Below are positions 1-11,275 of a DNA stretch of 64,000 nucleotides, one piece after another. The stretch is from assembly GCA_030265395.1 (NCBI GenBank), contig JARFYF010000074.1:74002547-74066546 (forward strand), in the 5' to 3' direction. The position numbers were made by a program, and so were the translations under genes. Position 1 is the first letter of the stretch; every line of letters starts with the position of its first letter. This DNA is from Rhina ancylostomus. Taxonomy: Eukaryota. The notes under the pieces were generated by a model. It was not told the origin of the DNA and did no database searches. It saw only the letters and a program-made list of their open reading frames with translations.

Positions 1-93
1 CTAATCAGTCCATGACTCTCTAGGTGTTCATATATCTTATCCCTCAGAATCCTCTCCAACAGCTTACCCACCACAGACGTGAGACTCACTGGC
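1..93 (-). mobile_element. CR1-type LINE reverse transcriptase fragment
   Basis: Reverse strand translates to (R)PVSLTSVVGKLLERILRDKIYEHLESHGLI, a typical CR1 ORF2 RT N-terminal motif; truncated by the window edge. Confidence 0.85.
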
Positions 94-1276
94 CCGAGTG
101 AGCAATAATAGCAAAAATAGCAAGCAATTTCAAAACCCATAATACAGGCACAAAGGAATATGTACCACCAAGCAATGTTTATTTGTTCCGCCAAAGTAAA
201 ATAATGTCTTTGGGCAGTGGTGCCATTTGCAATACAGGTTTCTGTTTGAGGGTGAGATTCCTAATGCATAAAAGGAGATTCTTCCCCAGCCCCTGTCCAG
301 TTTCCTTAAGTTACTAATAGTGACATAAGAGTCCGGGGCATTTATGATGAAACCATAGATGTATACTGGGAATTGGAATCCTTACAAGTTATGATGAAGT
401 AAACAGGTGCTGCTTAGTCAGGCAAGGTCACAAGAATTGTGTGCATTAAAATGAACTGCACCAGGCACTTTAGCATCAAATAAGGACTTCTTATTAATCA
501 CATGGCTTATCTGAGAGTTGCTCAATATTTTAAAGCTGATGGTTTGACATTATTTTCCCATTAGAACTAGTGCTTTATATTAAAAAAAGGTGACTTTTGT
601 TTATCTCCTTTCAAGGATAGGATAGACAATCAACAAATTGGCGAGTTGTAATTCATAGGAGTGGAAATAATCATTTCCTGGTGGGCAAGTCAAAGTTTTG
701 ATTATCCAATAGAAGTTAGTCTTACCATGAAGAAACAATTCTGTTAAGAATCATTTAGATGGTTATTCAACATTTAGCACATGCACAACTTTGGTCAGAC
801 AGACCAGTTGAGGGTGGCAGGTTCCAATTTCTTAAAGACTCAACCTTGGTTCTAAACAAGCACCACAATAGCTGAACAACTCTTCAGCTCAGAGGTTCAC
901 TTTTATATCAAATCATTTAAAATATTTCATTAGGGCAAGATAAAAACTTTACTTTTTAAAAATGGATCTAATTATACTTCTCATGAAAGCACTTCATTTC
1001 CAGAGGTAATATGCTGTCAAAGTCTGCAGGTGGACTCATTAAACGAGTCATGATTCTGGGGTTGAGTGAAAGTTTGCAAAATGCAGAGTTCAGCTGAGCT
1101 GCTACAAATCCATTTGAGGAAATATGGCACAGGCAAATGGCTTTGAGAAGCCTCAACCTCCCCAAGCCTTTTAAATGCACTGTCACTGAGTAAAAGGCAT
1201 CACTTCAATGGTTTATTAAACATACATAAATAGTGAATGTACCTTTGATAAAATCCAAATGTTCTAATTCATATAG

Positions 1277-1394
1277 ACATGTAGGTGACCTGGGCAACAT
1301 AGAAGCTGATGAAAATGGCACAGCTCGCTTTGAACTGGAAGACCGGCTGCTTCGCCTGGCAGGAAAGCATTCAATTATTGGACGTAGTATGGTG
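1277..1394 (+). CDS. SOD1: Cu/Zn superoxide dismutase (SOD1-type) gene, exon equivalent to SOD1 exon 4
   Basis: atatag|A CAT GTA GGT GAC...ATG GTG|gtaagt; 118 nt, same size and phase as mammalian SOD1 exon 4. Encodes (R)HVGDLGNIEADENGTARFELEDRLLRLAGKHSIIGRSMV with Zn ligands H80 and D83. Orthologue versus paralogue is unresolved. Confidence 0.92.
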
Positions 1395-1589
1395 GTAAGT
1401 GTAAAAGTCATACTATCAAGCAAAACAGCAAATAGCGTTAATAGTGGAGAAAATAAGAGGTTTTGATTTCAATCAACCAGAATAGAGGAAAAATTGGTTG
1501 AATGTCCCAAATTAGAATGATGTCTCCAAATTCCTTTCTTGAATTAATCAGAGACAACAGAATAGCTGTTGACAGAATATAACAGAGCA

Positions 1590-2060
1590 TGACAGTGACA
1601 TTGGCCTACTTATAAACATGATGAATTCTGTGAACATATTGGAAAGAGCAGGTAAATGCAATGAGGGTGCTACACCTTTTGATAAAGTTCTACATTGAAG
1701 ACTTGAGTTCACACAAGGCTATCCAGTTATGAACAAAGTAGCAGATTGGATTGAAAAATTGTGACAGAACAAAGGGGAGAGTACAAGTTAGAAGTTTCTC
1801 CAATTTACAGAAAATGGGAAGTGGCAAGCTGAAATGATTTCAATTTCAGAGTATAATGTCAAAAGTTGCTGTTCATTCTCAACTGGAAGGTGAGCTGACA
1901 AAAAGAAAATTAACTTTATCACTTTGACAGAAACATTAATTCTTTGGAAACTAAATAAGCTAAATGGAGCAGAGACTAACAAATCTGGCAAAGATTCACA
2001 AAGCACTAAAAGTAGCAAGAGAAGTTGACCATAGACCAGCAAAGAAATAGGCTTCATTTC
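1590..2060 (+). mobile_element. highly decayed CR1 RT remnant in the SOD1-type intron
   Basis: Traces such as ttttgataaagttctacat (FDKV-H motif) and a purine-rich CR1-like composition; many indels. Confidence 0.4.
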
Positions 2061-3659
2061 TAAAGAATTACTTTCAAGTTAAAATATTTTTAATTTTAAA
2101 AAAAAGAGCCAAAAGAATAAATTGTTAAGGAAAGTATGATTACGTTATGGAATTTTTGTAATTTTAATTAAAAACAATTGCAACTTCTGGCTTGGTCCAG
2201 AACAAAAGGATGAGTGTAAAAGTGAACAACTAAAAAAAATCATGTGGCAAGTTCCTCTGCATGTGCTGAGAATAAGAAGTGGCTGAAGCAGGTAAATCCC
2301 ATCACATTAATTGACGTACAAGGGGAGGCCTTCTCTAGGGAGAGAAACAACTGCAGAGGTAATTAGTATAATTATAAAACTTGAGCAAAGGTCATTTAGG
2401 TCAGATTGCCTGTTTCAATGTTACTCTTCTTTGTAAATTAAGCAAAATTTACCAAAGCAAAAATGTGTTGTTCATATCCTCATTTACTGAAGAGCCCCAT
2501 CTCCAGAGTTAAACAAGAGATGTGATTAGGAACAGATATGCAAATTTAATGTTAGAGAATGGCAGGGTATACAAAAGCCTGTATCTTAAAACATTTTAAA
2601 GTTGTGATTTATTAGCTTGGTTTCTTCTGAAATGTACCACAGAGGGATCTTAAAAACAAATTGAGTTAATGAAAATTATAGTACAAGGCTAACATTTGAT
2701 TTGTGTTTTCACTTGCTATGGAATGTGAACTATTTTTTGAAGGTTTCTTCTTTAACACCAATCTCTTAAACTGCACTAACAAAATCAAGAAATTCAGTAT
2801 TCTCTCATTTCATAGTCTTGTAGTAGTAACATAGTATATTGCTGCAGAATGAAGGCTTTGTGACTGTTGCCAGAACACTAGTGATCTCATTTGAGAATGT
2901 GTGGCAAGCCATGAGGTATCCCAAATAATAGGGCCACAGTAACAATCACTCGCACTGTGGTCCTTGACTCAGGTTAATGTCATGGGTTGGTGGAGGTGGC
3001 ATATTTTGGTGAGAACTTCGCTACTGGGGTGCATCTCAATATTCCTGGCCAAGGTAAAGTGGCATTATTTTACGAACATTGAGGTTGTGATGGGGCAGAA
3101 TATGGCTGCTCATTCAGGTTGCTAAAGGAAATCTGTGCAAAATACATCAGCATGTGATATTTTACTCCCTGTACATGAAGTTCAGAAAGTACCACACTTA
3201 CACAATCTAACAGCGGCCAGTACAAATTGTGATGAAACTAACATGCTGATTCCTTTTGTAACAGTGGCTAGATAGATAGAGGGTCCTGGCTATTGCTGAG
3301 TGCATGTTCGGCTCTGGCAGGTTAACACAGGCATTGAGCTGGATTTTCCTGACAGTCTGTTCCCTGTGCACATTTGGGTGTTTTGTCTTTAGCCACAACA
3401 TTCCACATTGTTCACTGCAGTGGAACTATTTCAGCATCACCCAAACAGGCTCTATAGAGCCAAACTCTGTGGTCTTACAAATTTGTAAAAACTTTAATCA
3501 AATCACTCAGATTCTGCTATCCCAGAAATGCATCTTAATTTATATAATTTATGCTGTAAACCAATGAGCTTTGTCTGTGAAAAGTCTTCCCAGACTGGAA
3601 TAAAAAGTCTTGAGTATTTACTAATGGAATAAACTGAGACATCTTTTCCCTTGCTGAAG

Positions 3660-3776
3660 GTTCACGAGAATGAAGATGACCTGGGCAAAGGTGGTAATTC
3701 AGAGAGTCTTGAATCAGGAAACCAAGGAGCAGGTTTAGCTTGGGGTATAATTGGAATAGATGAAGACCCCAAGTAA
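3660..3776 (+). CDS. SOD1: Cu/Zn SOD (SOD1-type) last coding exon, divergent active-site loop
   Basis: cttttcccttgctgaag|GTT CAC GAG...AAG TAA; in frame with exon 1277-1394. Encodes [38 protein letters not shown], aligning ungapped to human [35 protein letters not shown]. Absent from the ORF track. Confidence 0.92.
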   Translation, partial: VHENEDDLGKGGNSESLESGNQGAGLAWGIIGIDEDPK

Positions 3777-4371
3777 AAATGTAGCACACTGTGACTGCTT
3801 TCATTATCTTGAACAGCAATTGATTCAAAATTACATGAAGATAAATATTGGATTGTTTATAGCAACATGCATGTAATTGAGCACTATGTCAGAAATATCT
3901 TCAGGGCCTATTTTAAAGGCAGTGTTTTAGGAAAGGAAAATTGGGATAAACTTCAATTATTTTCAGCTTTTTTCTTTAAGTATGAATATTGACATCAAAT
4001 GTTACTAGGCCCAGCAAACTGACATTACAATGCTCAGACTGAAGTAACTTAGTTTAATAACAGTACCAATGGGTAATTTAGTTTCTTTGTAACTTCAGAA
4101 TAAGTGACCTTCAAGTCAGTAAGTAACACTTCATTAAATGTTTAAGCAAATATAGGGAAAGTCAATGCTGTTCAAATTAATCAATTATTTTTAAAAGGGG
4201 CAATGTAGTAATGCTCCATATTCTATTTGGAAAATCCAAATACAGTTTATTTTATTATCTTAAACTGAAGTATTTACCTAGAATTTAATGGTAAAGTATT
4301 TGAAAATGTCAAACATTTTTCATCCATGTGACTTTAACACTAACAGCCTGTCATTTCTCTAAAATGGTCAA

Positions 4372-4423
4372 AATAAAAGTTTCCATGACATTGAGCGGTA
4401 TGATTGTGATTTCCTCTAATAAA
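4372..4423 (+). terminator. candidate poly(A) signals of the SOD1-type gene
   Basis: AATAAA at 4372-4377 and 4418-4423, ~600 nt after the stop; ATTAAA at 4133-4138. Such hexamers are common in AT-rich DNA. Confidence 0.35.
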
Positions 4424-4849
4424 TGGCATTCTCCACAAATTCTGGGGCAAAGTCAACAGATTGACCCAAGTTTTGATAAATAGGTTCCAGATCAGCATCC
4501 AAGACTTGATAAAAGTGCTGTTGGATCCCAATTTCCACCCCTTAGAAATGCTGGGGTTTCTTAAGGTTTTGCATCTTCAGCACAGCAAACTTCAGTCACT
4601 AATGGAGGAAGGACTGGAGATGCAGCATGAGCTCCTGGTTTTTAATTGATTATTATTGCTGCTTGTTGGAGTTTGTATTAGTTGCTGTTGCAACCAGCAA
4701 TATTGCCCATGTGCCTAATACCTCTGACTTACTTTCTTCCTTCTCTTGCTTTTCTAAATCAAAAGCAAATTGACTACAAGACGGGGATGTTAAGTGATAC
4801 CTACTCAGTGGTGAAGGGTTTGAAATAGTTCTCTGCAGGGATCAGCACG

Positions 4850-5665
4850 GAGGTGAATATTCACAATTTACAGATTTTGGAAATGGATGTAATTCCAGAT
4901 TAATGCAAAAGCAGCATGCACTAAAATAATTACAGAATGGGGTTGTGTTTAGCAAATTGACTTTCATTTAAATGAATATAAAATGGCGAAGTTCAGTTGG
5001 AAAAAAGCCACACTGCTTCTATGAATGGAGCAGGCAAGGAAATTGCATGTATTCAAATCACTAATAGTGCCACGGGCATAAGACCATGTAAAAAGCTAGC
5101 AGGCTGTAAGTTCATCTTTTGAGGAATAGACACTTAAAGCAAAGAGGTCAAAACTGATTCAGGTTACAACTTGAACACCATACACAATCTGGTTTCCATA
5201 TTTCAAGACAGCTTTTGGAGATAATGGAGAATCCTAACCTGAACATATGAAGGTACATCAAACCTGATATCAGAATAGAGCACGTACAATTGAAGAGGCT
5301 GGAAGTTTTCTTGAAAAAAAAGGCTGAGGGGAAGATCTGATGTTAGTATATAAAGCGATCAAGAGGCTGAGGATTAGAGGTCACAGGTTAAAAATGAATT
5401 AAGTGACATGAGGAAAAACCTGTTCACAAAACATGGTTGGAAAATGGAATACACGTCTGCAAATGTGGTGGAGACAGGTTCTATTATGGCCTTTACTATA
5501 AGTTTACTATCCCCCTACTACACCTTGAAGAGGGAATTGGATAAAAATGGCAAAGGAAAATTTGCAAGGCGATGAGAAAGGGCCAGGGTTGTAGAACCTG
5601 AGATAGCAGGCACAGGCACAATGAACCGAATGGTCACTCGTGCGCTGTAACCATTTAATGATTCT
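4850..5665 (+). mobile_element. decayed CR1 LINE 3' portion
   Basis: aggctgaggggaagatctgat (RLRGDL-like), ggttggaaaatggaat, and a CR1-type 3' end gaaccgaatggtc...ctgtaaccatttaatgattct. Confidence 0.7.
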
Positions 5666-7991
5666 TTAAAATGATGACGACAGCTCCCTTTGTCATCCTC
5701 CATAGTTAGCAGAATCAAAAAATTTATAGAGTAAACTGTTAACCTATTGTTTTTGCAATTCCACTGGATCTTTTATATACATTTGAAAATAGAAAGCCTT
5801 ATTTAACAGTTCATCCAAAAGCAGCACCTCCCAACAGCATAATGCTTAAATAATATAACTGAAGTGCAAGCTTGNNNNNNNNNNNNNNNNNNNNNNNNNN
5901 NNNNNNNNNNNNNNNNNNNNNNNNNNNNNNNNNNNNNNNNNNNNNNNNNNNNNNNNNNNNNNNNNNNNNNNNNNNNNNNNNNNNNNNNNNNNNNNNNNNN
6001 NNNNNNNNNNNNNNNNNNNNNNNNNNNNNNNNNNNNNNNNNNNNNNNNNNNNNNNNNNNNNNNNNNNNNNNNNNNNNNNNNNNNNNNNNNNNNNNNNNNN
6101 NNNNNNNNNNNNNNNNNNNNNNNNNNNNNNNNNNNNNNNNNNNNNNNNNNNNNNNNNNNNNNNNNNNNNNNNNNNNNNNNNNNNNNNNNNNNNNNNNNNN
6201 NNNNNNNNNNNNNNNNNNNNNNNNNNNNNNNNNNNNNNNNNNNNNNNNNNNNNNTTGCAAAGGTTGCTTTGCCCATTTTCAGTTGTTCACATTGCTTTCT
6301 TATCTAGTCGTCATCTTTTGCCAGACTCTGCCATTTGTAGGCGTTTTAAAGCAGTCCTCGTTTGTTGTGGCCTGTTCATAATCATTTTCTGAAGTAATTA
6401 AAAATAAGTTAGAGATTCAATGATGTTCTAGTCATCTATTGCTACAGTTTCCAGCAGATCCTTGCAATGAATCAGATGATGATAAAAGTGCTTCCTTTAA
6501 GTGCATATAATTAACTTTAACCAAACTGGTGGGAGAGACAAACCTGAAAAATAATGCAATTTCTTATGTTAAGGTATTTTCGCATTAATTCTAATGCAGG
6601 AATTGGAAATAAAATGGAATTATATATCTCTTCAAGATGACTCTTTTGCTTTCTTTTTCTCATTTCAGCAGCAAGGAGACTGTCAAAATAATTAATCTCA
6701 GAGCCTGGTATAGATAATATTTGGCCATTTCAGCAAAGACCAATCATCTTCAAATGTGTCACAAGTTCCACTTCCCTTGACTGAACTGACAAAAGATTTT
6801 TCACTGCCTGACAGAACACAAAAGTGTACTCTGCGCTTTGAATCTTTAAACAGTATGTTGAGATGGCATAAGAACAGCAAGAAATGGAGCCATTTCTTGC
6901 TTTCTGGCAGTAGTTAGCTATATAAACTAGAAAATGTGTCGTTAGTCTTTTTGGTTTATTCAGCTTGTGACTATTGCTGCACTTCTAATGATGTTTAGAA
7001 TATGTACCCAACACAACTACCTTGCAAATGATTAGCATGTGCTAGCCTGAGGGTATTATGCAGGCCAACAACCCTCATTTTTAACCTGGAAAAAGGCAAA
7101 CATTTGTGTATTGTTCATAAAAAAAAAGTTGGTAAATGTTAAGAAAATCACAATGAGTTAGATGGGTACATTTTCAGGACCTTGCTAAAGAGATGGTGAG
7201 CTGCTGCCTTAAAGTGCTATATCGAGGGCAAAGACAAACAAATTACCAATGTCTTCAAGAACAGAGCTCCACTGGTGTATAATAGTGCAAAACAGTTTCA
7301 TGGAAACATAGTGTGGAAATCAGCGTAAGTCCAGAGCTTTTGAGATGAGGTTAATTTTAAAGAGTTACTATAATTCTTATAAGGTACAGGTAACAAGGCA
7401 AGTAGTTTTTAAAAGAGTGAATCAAGCTATTTACGAATATGAACTCATGCAAATTCCACATCAGTTATGTGTCATCAGTAAAACAACTGAGAAAAGCATC
7501 AAAACAGTAGTTGATCTTTCAGTTACATTCAGGAATCACATACGACATTTTCAAAAGTCATATACTTATCTGATCATGCTCCTGATCTAGATGGAACGTG
7601 AAACAAAAATCAACTCAGCAAACGGTCACACCAGAATTATTCAGGAACTGGTGTATTATATCCTTTGAAACTGAGTTTAAGCTTTGTTTTCACAACTAAC
7701 AAGACTAGAATGTTTGCTTACATTTAGTATCTTTCTCAAAAATATTAGAACATGTACTTCAGCTGTCTCTGATGAATTCAAACAGAATTGACTAAGGAAG
7801 TTACTCATTACTGGATGCAATTATGTAAACCAAAGAAGTCAAACAATGTACATTTTCTTAAATTTTATTTACAGCAATGGTAACAGGCCCTNNNNNNNNN
7901 NNNNNNNNNNNNNNNNNNNNNNNNNNNNNNNNNNNNNNNNNNNNNNNNNNNNNNNNNNNNNNNNNNNNNNNNNNNNNNNNNNNNNNNNNNN

Positions 7992-8084
7992 GTACAAACT
8001 CCTTACAGGCAGCGGCGGGAATCGAACCCGGGTCACTGGTGCTGTAATAGCGTTGTGCTAACCACTACGCCACCGTGCCGCCCC
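7992..8084 (-). mobile_element. tRNA-derived SINE head (HE1/V-SINE-like), body lost in assembly gap
   Basis: Reverse strand gggcggcacggtggcgtagtggttagc...cccgggttcgattcccg...gtaaggagtttgtac, with Pol III box A (TGGCGTAGTGG) and box B (GGTTCGATTCC). Confidence 0.85.
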
Positions 8085-8239
8085 TAGTTTATTTTCCAGT
8101 TTATACAACTGACTACTGCCAGAAAGCAGTAGTGTGGTCCATTGATACATTTTCATTTTTTTTTATGACTCCGAGAATGCAATTGAAATTGGATAGAATG
8201 GTATCTAGACATGGAAATACAACATGAAACGGAACCTTC

Positions 8240-8518
8240 TAAGTCACGCATTGCCGAATAGAATTTGCATTTCTCGTCCCGAGACATCCCAAAGAATTTT
8301 CCAATAAATTACAGAAGTGTAGCTTTCAAATGCAATAGGATTTGCGCTTTATCCCCCCAAATATTTGAATAAATCTTTCATTCCTTTTGATGTTAGCCAA
8401 AAAAAATACACTTATAGTGTGGCACATAAAAGTCATTTGTGATTTTATGCCGCAAATCTGGAGTGAGGCCTGAACCCACAACTCTGAATCAGAAGTTCAT
8501 GCCTCCACTGAGTCAAGT
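8240..8518 (-). mobile_element. old DeuSINE-like (SacSINE1-like) SINE
   Basis: Reverse strand cttgactcagtgg...ctgattcagagttgtgggttcaggcctcactccaga head with decayed A/B boxes, and tail ctttgggatgtctcgggacgag...aaatgcaaattct. Confidence 0.55.
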
Positions 8519-8569
8519 CTCATGGTGAAATGGAAAAATACATGAGGTTGGAAGTAAGAAAGGCTAAAT

Positions 8570-10412
8570 GAAGCAACATTTCCACTGTTTATTATTTATT
8601 GTAAATGCATCTTTTGCATTTCATTATAAATAGTAAACTGCAGAAATATTCACTAATGATGGAGAAATGGAGGTAGCTTTATTTTGTGTCTTTTCATGCT
8701 GTAATTTATTTGGGACTGTTTGATGCCTGTCAATCTCCAAACTGCAAAGTTAGTCCTTAATGTTAACCATATTCCTACTTTACAACATTGTGCGAAGAAA
8801 CTTACCGACAATGACAGGAGAAAGTGAGCTTTGGTGACCTTCTGCAACTCGACCCGACAGTTTTCGGAGAAAAAAATGTGCTATCAAACTCATAAAAGGC
8901 CCAAAGTCAACATGACTTTTCACTGGATGACAAAATTAATATAGGATGAAGAAACAAGAGACTGAAGCTTCATCAGAGTCAAAAACAAATACAAATACTC
9001 TTCCAGAGGCGGCGTACTGGTGTGTTTTATTCTGACTTGTTTCTGAGTAGAATGGAAGAACTCCAACTAAAAGGCAAATTGTTGGAATAAGATCTGGAGA
9101 AAGCAGCCTTTTGGTTGGAGAAAGATTTAAATTACTTACCAATACGAATCAAGCATCAACAATTCAAAAACCCTACTTTTGGGAATACCTCAGAGCCAGA
9201 GGCAGGCAACTCCCATGTCACAGTTGTTCACAAATCACTACCCAAAACTTCGAGAGAGAATAATTCGCTCTTATGGAATTTATGTGAAAAAAGTAAATAA
9301 ACACAAAATCTTTTTCGAAACTCATGTTTCTTGACGCATGCGCAGATGACACGGCTTTGCATTTTGGAAAATCGCAATACGGACTGTTTTCCAGGAACGC
9401 AACTCCCTCCATAAATGCAGGGGTCACCTATATAATTAAGATATTTTCAAGTGATTCAAATCATTGCTATTGCAAGAAGTGGATGAATAATTTGTGCTAA
9501 GTTATGATTAAATCAATACTTACTCAGCTATATATTAAATCTACACAACATTCATTAACCTAGCTGTAATATGTCTATTTTCAGAACGGTAAACATTCTC
9601 TTTTTGCAACTATATTAACATTCAAAAGAGAAGAAAACAGGAAAACTGTTACTTTTAAGAAACAGTCTGTATTTAAGGGCAATGAACAAATAAACTTTCA
9701 AGAAACGTTCTAAAACAAAGTACTGTTCAGACCATTTGTTTCCTGATCTTGAGTGGGCAATTTTATAATTTTTTTTCTATACATCACCAGTGAAATACAC
9801 TAATATTTTTATAATACACTTTGCAAAGCAATCTGTCTTGGGCTGCAGTTGGTTGTTCAAAAACAATTTCCTTTTCTTTTAAGAACACATACTAATGAGA
9901 GTCTAATTTAGACTTGCTTCCGATATAGAAAATATCAAACTTTAGGGTGTTTCACAATCTTATTCTTCCATCCCATGACATTCTTTTCTCCACAAATCTG
10001 AGGAAGAATATCACACGGTCTAAAGTTTGTTAAGAAAATAGAGTTTATTAAAAACAAATCCTAAGCTCAATTTTTGGAGGAGGTTTCACTGTTTGTTATC
10101 TTTTTTAAATTAAAAAGAATAGAAAGCACTTCTACCTTACGTCAAAATTTTAAAAACGTACAGCAAAAATTTGATTTGTTTTCTGGTCATCAGGTGTTCA
10201 GACTGCAGAGTAAATTGTGTGGTCATTCTGAATACTGGGGAAAGCAAACAATTTGCTTAAAACCTTTAAAACTAGACAGGACTGTGGGATAGCAGAAGCA
10301 AATACTTTATACATCATTTTTTTTTTATACAACTCTAAAGCTTCATGGCACAATATTGCGGTGGATACTTCAATCATCACCACATCATGTGCTTTATTAC
10401 AATTAGTTTCTA
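8570..10412 (-). other. SCAF4: SCAF4 3'UTR (inferred)
   Basis: Lies between the stop codon and the AATAAA pair; no recognisable transposons, U-rich on the sense strand. Confidence 0.55.
8588..8600 (-). terminator. distal SCAF4 poly(A) signals
   Basis: Two AATAAA on - (plus-strand tttatt at 8588-8593 and 8595-8600) at the end of a repeat-free, U-rich stretch following the SCAF4 stop. Confidence 0.55.
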
Positions 10413-11275
10413 TCACTGAGCCTCTGCTGTTGCGCCTGAAACTTTCATATCAGGTTGATCAGTAGATGAGGTAGGCGCCAATTCCACCATCTCTGCAGCT
10501 TTCAATTCCATATTTGATGAATTACATTCTCCTTGAGCAGAATCAGGAACTGGGATCGCGTCCGATTGTTTCATTATTTCTTCCTGTGTGTCTCCATTAG
10601 AGTTGTGGTGCTTTTCGTTGCCCTCATCAATTTCTTCAGGGTTTTCCTTTCCACGTTGATCCAGATCTCTATCCCTGCGAGATTCCCTGTCTCGTGAATC
10701 GCGATCTCTATGTCCACTTGACCGCCTATTTCTTTCCTCCGAGTCTCTATGTCTTTCTCGTTCTGAGCTTCTCCTCCCCCATTCCCTTCTCTCACGTGCA
10801 CCACAATGGCGATCATGATCTCTTTCCTCATGTCGATTTCCATAGCGATCACGATTCTCATTTTCACTTCGATTTCCACCAAAAGGACGATTTCTAAATT
10901 CTGATCTGCCAAAGCGTTGTTCTTGCTCTCGATCCCTTCCTGGAGGAAATCCATGTCTGTCATTCCTAAACTGTCTCCCATCTCTATCATCAGACGACAC
11001 TCCAGGACGACCAAAAACATTCTGGGGTGGATAGGGTCCCCGCATGGCATGAGGTGGAGGTACTCCAAATCCTCCTGGTCCTGGAGGTGGTGGACCTCTG
11101 TGTAGTAAGTGTGGCAGCAAGGGACGTGGAGGAGCAACAGGAAACCTCTGTAAATGAGGTGGGGGAACTCCAGGGGGTCTTTGTAAGGGTATTAAACCAG
11201 GCCGTGCACCCAGAAGACCAGGACTTGGCGGTTGCACATTCATCATGGGAGCGTGAGTTGTTCCACTCTGGTTTC
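10413..11275 (-). CDS. SCAF4: SCAF4 last coding exon (Pro-rich then R/D/E-rich C-terminus)
   Basis: gggtttcag|GA AAC...; contains GLLGARPGLIPLQRPPG and RREWGRRS...EERNRRSSGHRDR as in vertebrate SCAF4; ends AEAQ*. Confidence 0.93.

Noticed and set aside
1233-1466. 77-aa ORF as a stand-alone SOD, or as CCS
   Set aside because: Only 1277-1394 is homologous and it is bounded by AG/GT. His120 and the SOD1 exon layout argue against CCS.
5803-6381. Long ORFs across N runs (also ~7846, ~17000, ~43030, ~62320)
   Set aside because: They are artefacts of assembly gaps translated as X.
6307-6912. Exon-like stop-free stretches on + between the genes (RHLLPDSAICRRFKAVLVCCGLFIIIF*, KDQSSSNVSQ...FLAFWQ*)
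   Set aside because: No recognisable homology, no coherent exon chain, and lengths comparable to the many chance ORFs in this window.
7992-8084. tRNA gene
   Set aside because: A/B boxes are present but run straight into a SINE body (gtaaggagtttgtac) without a proper acceptor stem; it is a SINE head.
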